Shown in pieces: positions 25,693 to 29,309 of a stretch of DNA of 29,309 bases. The position numbers and the translations under genes were made by a program. The DNA comes from Afifellaceae bacterium (lineage in GTDB: Bacteria > Pseudomonadota > Alphaproteobacteria > Rhizobiales > Afifellaceae). Location of the stretch: positions 1 to 29,309 of the forward strand of contig DATHRP010000379.1 of assembly GCA_035465195.1 (NCBI GenBank), in the 5' to 3' direction. Position 1 is the stretch's first letter, and the number at the start of each line of letters is the position of its first letter. Below the pieces are notes generated by a model, which did no database searches, had not been told where the DNA came from, and was given only the letters and a program-made list of their open reading frames with translations.

Positions 25693-28113
25693 ATGGCGGA
25701 CGCGCGGGATCGACATTTCCGGATCGTCATAGTCGGCGGCGGCGCCATCGGCACCTCCGTCGCCTGCCATCTGGCGCGGGCCGGCGAGCGCGATGTCCTG
25801 GTCCTGGAAAAAGCGCAACTGACCCATGGCTGCACCTGGCATGCGGCAGGCCTTGTCGGCCAGCTGCGCGGCAAGCGGAACCTGACGAGGCTGATGCAGA
25901 ATTCGGTCGCCGTATTCGACAGGCTGGAAGCCGAAACCGGGCTCGCGATCGATTGGCGGAAGGTCGGCTCGCTGCGGCTGGCGTCGAGCCCCGAACGCTG
26001 GAGCGAAATCCGCCGCTCCATGTCACAGGCCAAGAGCTTCGGGGTGGAATGCGGGGAACTGTCGGCTGCGGAGGCAAAGGACCTGTTTCCCTATATCGAG
26101 GCCGGCGGGGTCGAAGGAGCCGCATTCATACCGGGCGACGGCTATGTAGATCCCTATGCCCTGACACAGGCCTATGCGAAGGCGGCCCGCAACGGCGGCG
26201 TCACCATCGAGGAAGGCGTGACGATCACCGATATTGTCAGGGAAGGCCGGCGGGCGACCGGGGTGGTCACCGACCACGGCACGATCGGGTGCGAAATTCT
26301 GGTCAACTGCGCCGGCCTTTGGGCGAAGCGCCTCGGCGAAATGGCCGATGTCCCGTTGGCCGCCGGCGTGGTCGAGCATCAGTATTTCCTGACGGAGAAG
26401 ACGCTCGATTTCGACCGCAACCTTCCGACCCTGCGCGATCCCGATCACAATTTCTACCTCAAGCCCGATACCGGCGCATTCGCGATCGGCGGCTGGGAGG
26501 AAGGCACGAAGGGATGCTGGCGGGGCATGCCGCCGCTGGAATTCGGCCGCGAACTGTTTCCGCCGGAAATGGACCGGCTGGAACGGTTCGCCCTTCCGGC
26601 GGCCGAGCGCCTCCCCATCCTCAACGAGATCGGAATCCAGACCATCATCAACGGCCCGATCCCGGTCTCCGCCGATGGCGAGCCGGTCATGGGTCCGGTT
26701 CCGGAGCTGGACAATTTCTACGTCGCTTGCGGCTTCACCGCCGGCATTGCGGCATCGGGCGGCGCTGGAGAGGCGATGGCAAACTGGATTCTGCACGGCG
26801 ATCCCGGCATGGATCTCTGGTCCTTCGATGTCCGCCGCTTCAGCGCCATTCACGCCCAGCCGCGCTACCTGGAAGAGCGCGCCATCGAAGCCTACGCCTC
26901 CTATTACAAGATCCACTGGCCGGGCGAGGAAAGTTCGGCCGGCCGTGGATTGCGCCGCTCTCCGCTCCATCACCACATCAAGGCGGCCGGCGCGGCTTTC
27001 GGTTCGAAATTCGGCTGGGAGCGGGCGAACTGGTTTGCCCCGCAGGGCGTCAAGCCTGTCGACGTTCCCGACTTCGAGGGCAGGCCGAACTGGTTCGAAC
27101 CTGTCGGCGCCGAATGCCGGGCCATCCGCGAGCGGGTGGCGCTGATCGACCAGTCATCCTTCTCCAAGTTCGAGATAACCGGACCGGGTGCACGCGCGGC
27201 GCTCGACCGGATCGCCGCCAACCGCATTCCGGAAGAGCCCGGCCAGGTCGTCTATACCCAGCTGTGCAACGAGAGGGGTGGTATCGAGGCGGACGTGACG
27301 ATCGTCCATGCCGGCCCGGAACGGTTCCTCGTCATGACCGGTGCCGGCTTCGCGGTCCGGGATCGGCACTGGATCGAAAGCCACCTTGGCACAGGCGAGG
27401 TCGCGCTGCGAGACGTCACCAACGCGCTTGCCGTGATCAATATCTGCGGTCCGCAAAGCCGCGCCGTGCTCCAGAGCGTGACGGACGATGACCTGGGCAA
27501 TCAGTCCCTTCCGTTCCTCGGCGCGCGCGACATCGATATCGGCCATGCGCGGGCGCTGGCCGTGCGGATCGGTTATGTCGGCGAACTGGGCTATGAACTA
27601 TACATCCCCCAGGAATTCGCCCCGCACGTCTATGAAACGCTTCGGGATGCGGGCGCGGAGCACGGGATCGCCAATGCGGGTTACCGGGCCATCGAAAGTT
27701 GCCGGCTGGAAAAGGGCTATCTCTACTGGTCCGGCGATATCGGACCGGACGTCAATCCGTACGAGGCCGGGCTGGGTTTCTGCGTTGCGCTCGACAAGGG
27801 CGATTTCATCGGACGCCATGCGCTTGAGGCGATCAGCCGGCGGGAGCCGGATCGCCGTGTCGCCACCTTCTCGCTCGACGGCTTCGTACCGCTCCATGGC
27901 GGCGAGCCGGTCATCCAGGGCGGCCGGATCGCAGGCTCGACCTCGAGCGCGGGATATGGTCATGCGGTCGGACAGACGATAGCCTTCGCCATGCTGCCGA
28001 CCGACCTGGGCGACGACCTGCCCTTCGAGATCGAGGCATTCGGAAAGTCATACCCGGCGGTCAGGCAGGCGCGCTGCCTTTACGACCCGAAGATGGAACG
28101 GCTGAAAAGTTGA
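25693..28113 (+). CDS. GcvT-family FAD/folate-dependent N-demethylating dehydrogenase 2 (dimethylglycine-dehydrogenase-like signature)
   Basis: GGGAIG, CTWHAAG, EHQY, INGPIPVSADG, GFTAGIAASGG, GIEADVT, ELGYEL, SCRLEKGY. Confidence 0.92.
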   Translation: MADARDRHFRIVIVGGGAIGTSVACHLARAGERDVLVLEKAQLTHGCTWHAAGLVGQLRGKRNLTRLMQNSVAVFDRLEAETGLAIDWRKVGSLRLASSPERWSEIRRSMSQAKSFGVECGELSAAEAKDLFPYIEAGGVEGAAFIPGDGYVDPYALTQAYAKAARNGGVTIEEGVTITDIVREGRRATGVVTDHGTIGCEILVNCAGLWAKRLGEMADVPLAAGVVEHQYFLTEKTLDFDRNLPTLRDPDHNFYLKPDTGAFAIGGWEEGTKGCWRGMPPLEFGRELFPPEMDRLERFALPAAERLPILNEIGIQTIINGPIPVSADGEPVMGPVPELDNFYVACGFTAGIAASGGAGEAMANWILHGDPGMDLWSFDVRRFSAIHAQPRYLEERAIEAYASYYKIHWPGEESSAGRGLRRSPLHHHIKAAGAAFGSKFGWERANWFAPQGVKPVDVPDFEGRPNWFEPVGAECRAIRERVALIDQSSFSKFEITGPGARAALDRIAANRIPEEPGQVVYTQLCNERGGIEADVTIVHAGPERFLVMTGAGFAVRDRHWIESHLGTGEVALRDVTNALAVINICGPQSRAVLQSVTDDDLGNQSLPFLGARDIDIGHARALAVRIGYVGELGYELYIPQEFAPHVYETLRDAGAEHGIANAGYRAIESCRLEKGYLYWSGDIGPDVNPYEAGLGFCVALDKGDFIGRHALEAISRREPDRRVATFSLDGFVPLHGGEPVIQGGRIAGSTSSAGYGHAVGQTIAFAMLPTDLGDDLPFEIEAFGKSYPAVRQARCLYDPKMERLKS

Positions 28114-28128
28114 ACGGAGGGACCGACC

Positions 28129-29061
28129 TTGGAGAATGATGCGACGGAGCAGGCCCGCGCTGCGCTGAAATTCGTTCCGGCGTTCGCCGGCCTGGACCCG
28201 AACCGGGTCGAGATCGAGCGGCTGGGCGGTCTGACCAATCTGGTGTTTCGCGTCTCGTACGCAGGCGACAACTGGTGCCTTCGTCTGCCCGGCGCCGGAA
28301 CGGAGGAATATATCGACCGCGCCGTCGAGGCGGTCGCCGCAAGGGAAGCGGCGCGCGCCGGCGTGAGCCCGCCGTTGATCTTTTCAGACCCGGAAAGCGG
28401 CATCATGGTGACCCGGTTCGTGGAAGGGGCGGAAACCATGACAGGCGACCTGTTCCGCAGCCGACCCTGTGCACCGGCTCGCGCCGGCGAAGCATTCCGG
28501 AAGCTGCACAGCTCGGACGCGAAATTCGACTTCGTCTTCGAACTGTTTTCCATGGTCGACGGATATCTCGGCATACTGGCCGGCAAGACCATCGATCTGC
28601 CGGACGGCTATCACGATGTTCTGAAGGAGGCCGAGAGCGTGCGCCGTGCGCTTCAGGCCGCTCCGGCAGAAATAACCGCATGCCACTGCGATCCCCTGGC
28701 GGAGAATTTTCTCGATACCGGGGAGCGCATGTGGATCGTCGACTGGGAATATTCCGGTATGAATGATCCGATGTGGGATCTCGGCGATCTTTCCGTCGAG
28801 GCCGGCTTCGACGATGCCCAGGACGAGGAGATGATCCGCGCCTATTTCGGCGACGAGCCGCGACCCGGTGAGCGCGGACGGATCGTGATCTACAAGGCGA
28901 TGTGCGACCTTCTGTGGACGCTCTGGGGCCTCATCCAGCACGCCAACGGCAATCCCGCCGAGGATTTCTGGGCCTATTCGACCGGGCGTTTCGCCAGGTG
29001 CAAGACGCTGATGGCGACGCCGGAATTCAACCGGCATGTCGCCGCCGTCGCGGCCGGCTGA
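28129..29061 (+). CDS. Choline/ethanolamine kinase-family phosphotransferase 2 (LicA-like)
   Basis: LGGLTN, CLRLPGAGT, Brenner motif CHCDPLAENF and IVDWEYSGMNDPMWDL. TTG start with SD GGAGGG. Confidence 0.88.
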   Translation: MENDATEQARAALKFVPAFAGLDPNRVEIERLGGLTNLVFRVSYAGDNWCLRLPGAGTEEYIDRAVEAVAAREAARAGVSPPLIFSDPESGIMVTRFVEGAETMTGDLFRSRPCAPARAGEAFRKLHSSDAKFDFVFELFSMVDGYLGILAGKTIDLPDGYHDVLKEAESVRRALQAAPAEITACHCDPLAENFLDTGERMWIVDWEYSGMNDPMWDLGDLSVEAGFDDAQDEEMIRAYFGDEPRPGERGRIVIYKAMCDLLWTLWGLIQHANGNPAEDFWAYSTGRFARCKTLMATPEFNRHVAAVAAG

Positions 29062-29112
29062 CATGGCCGGCCGTTCCCGAGCCCGGTCGGGATTCTCTTG
29101 CAAGCCGTCGCC

Positions 29113-29309
29113 GTGACCGGCTTCCGGCTGCCCGTCGATCTTCAGGCGATCCTGTTCGACAAGGACGGAACGCTGATCGACTATGAGCGCACCTGGGCTC
29201 CGATCAATTTCGAGGCGGCGCGGCTGGCCGCCGCCGGCGATGAGACACTGGCGCAGGAGCTTCTGAGAGCCGGCGGCGTCGATCCGCGGACAGGCCGGAC
29301 GCGGGCGGA
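29113..29309 (+). CDS. HAD-superfamily hydrolase (phosphatase), 5' part, runs off the right edge
   Basis: Not in the ORF track. Manual translation MTGFRLPVDLQAILFDKDGTLIDYERTWAP contains HAD motif I (DxDGTL). Start is GTG 29113 or TTG 29098. Confidence 0.85.
   Translation, partial: MTGFRLPVDLQAILFDKDGTLIDYERTWAPINFEAARLAAAGDETLAQELLRAGGVDPRTGRTRA

Noticed and set aside
23299-25842. 847-aa antisense ORF, and similar long shadow ORFs (12771-14378 +, 18128-19543 -, 23628-25367 +, 25953-27491 +, 5299-6240 -)
   Set aside because: They overlap genes with clear family motifs, have Arg/Pro/Ala-rich low-information translations, and are the expected by-product of GC-rich codon bias.
18194-29309. Calling the operon canonical choline/glycine-betaine or TMAO catabolism
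   Set aside because: The signature enzymes (BetAB, GbcAB/BHMT/MtgB, Tmm/Tdm) are absent from the window, and those routes have no role for two kinases and a phosphatase.
1-29309. rRNA, tRNA, CRISPR arrays or tandem repeats
   Set aside because: None seen. All intergenic gaps are under 300 nt and contain no cloverleaf or repeat-spacer pattern.

Overview
GC-rich window whose gene content looks alphaproteobacterial (probably Hyphomicrobiales/Rhodobacterales-like; this is inference). It has four parts. (1) 1-1640: 5' part of a DUF3772/MscS-type membrane protein (missed by the ORF track) and a stand-alone PilZ gene with its own terminator and a CtrA-like box. (2) 1740-11482: an accessory-looking block encoding an RNase Z-like metallo-hydrolase divergent from an orphan CheR-like methyltransferase, an ACP-FAAL-PlsC fusion followed by an MFS transporter, a long-chain acyl-CoA ligase, a frameshifted alpha/beta-hydrolase and an unknown protein. 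Four FNR/FixK-type boxes (TTG[A/C]-N6-[T/G]CAA) sit in front of almost every transcription unit of this block. (3) 11550-16933: a CitE/Mcl2-like CoA ester lyase/thioesterase convergent with a two-subunit NAD-linked formate dehydrogenase of the FDH1/Fdw type. (4) 17212-end: a DeoR regulator divergent from an operon with a TmoXWV-like ABC importer, two choline/ethanolamine-kinase-family phosphotransferases, two GcvT-family FAD/folate demethylases (one SARDH-like, one DMGDH-like) and a HAD phosphatase that runs off the window. The best candidates for undescribed systems are the kinase-demethylase-phosphatase operon (hypothesis: phosphorylation-dependent N-demethylation of a methylated amino-alcohol) and the FNR/FixK-controlled lipid/RNase Z/CheR block. 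I saw no rRNA, tRNA, CRISPR array, integrase or transposase. All family calls come from motifs read by eye; no database search was run.
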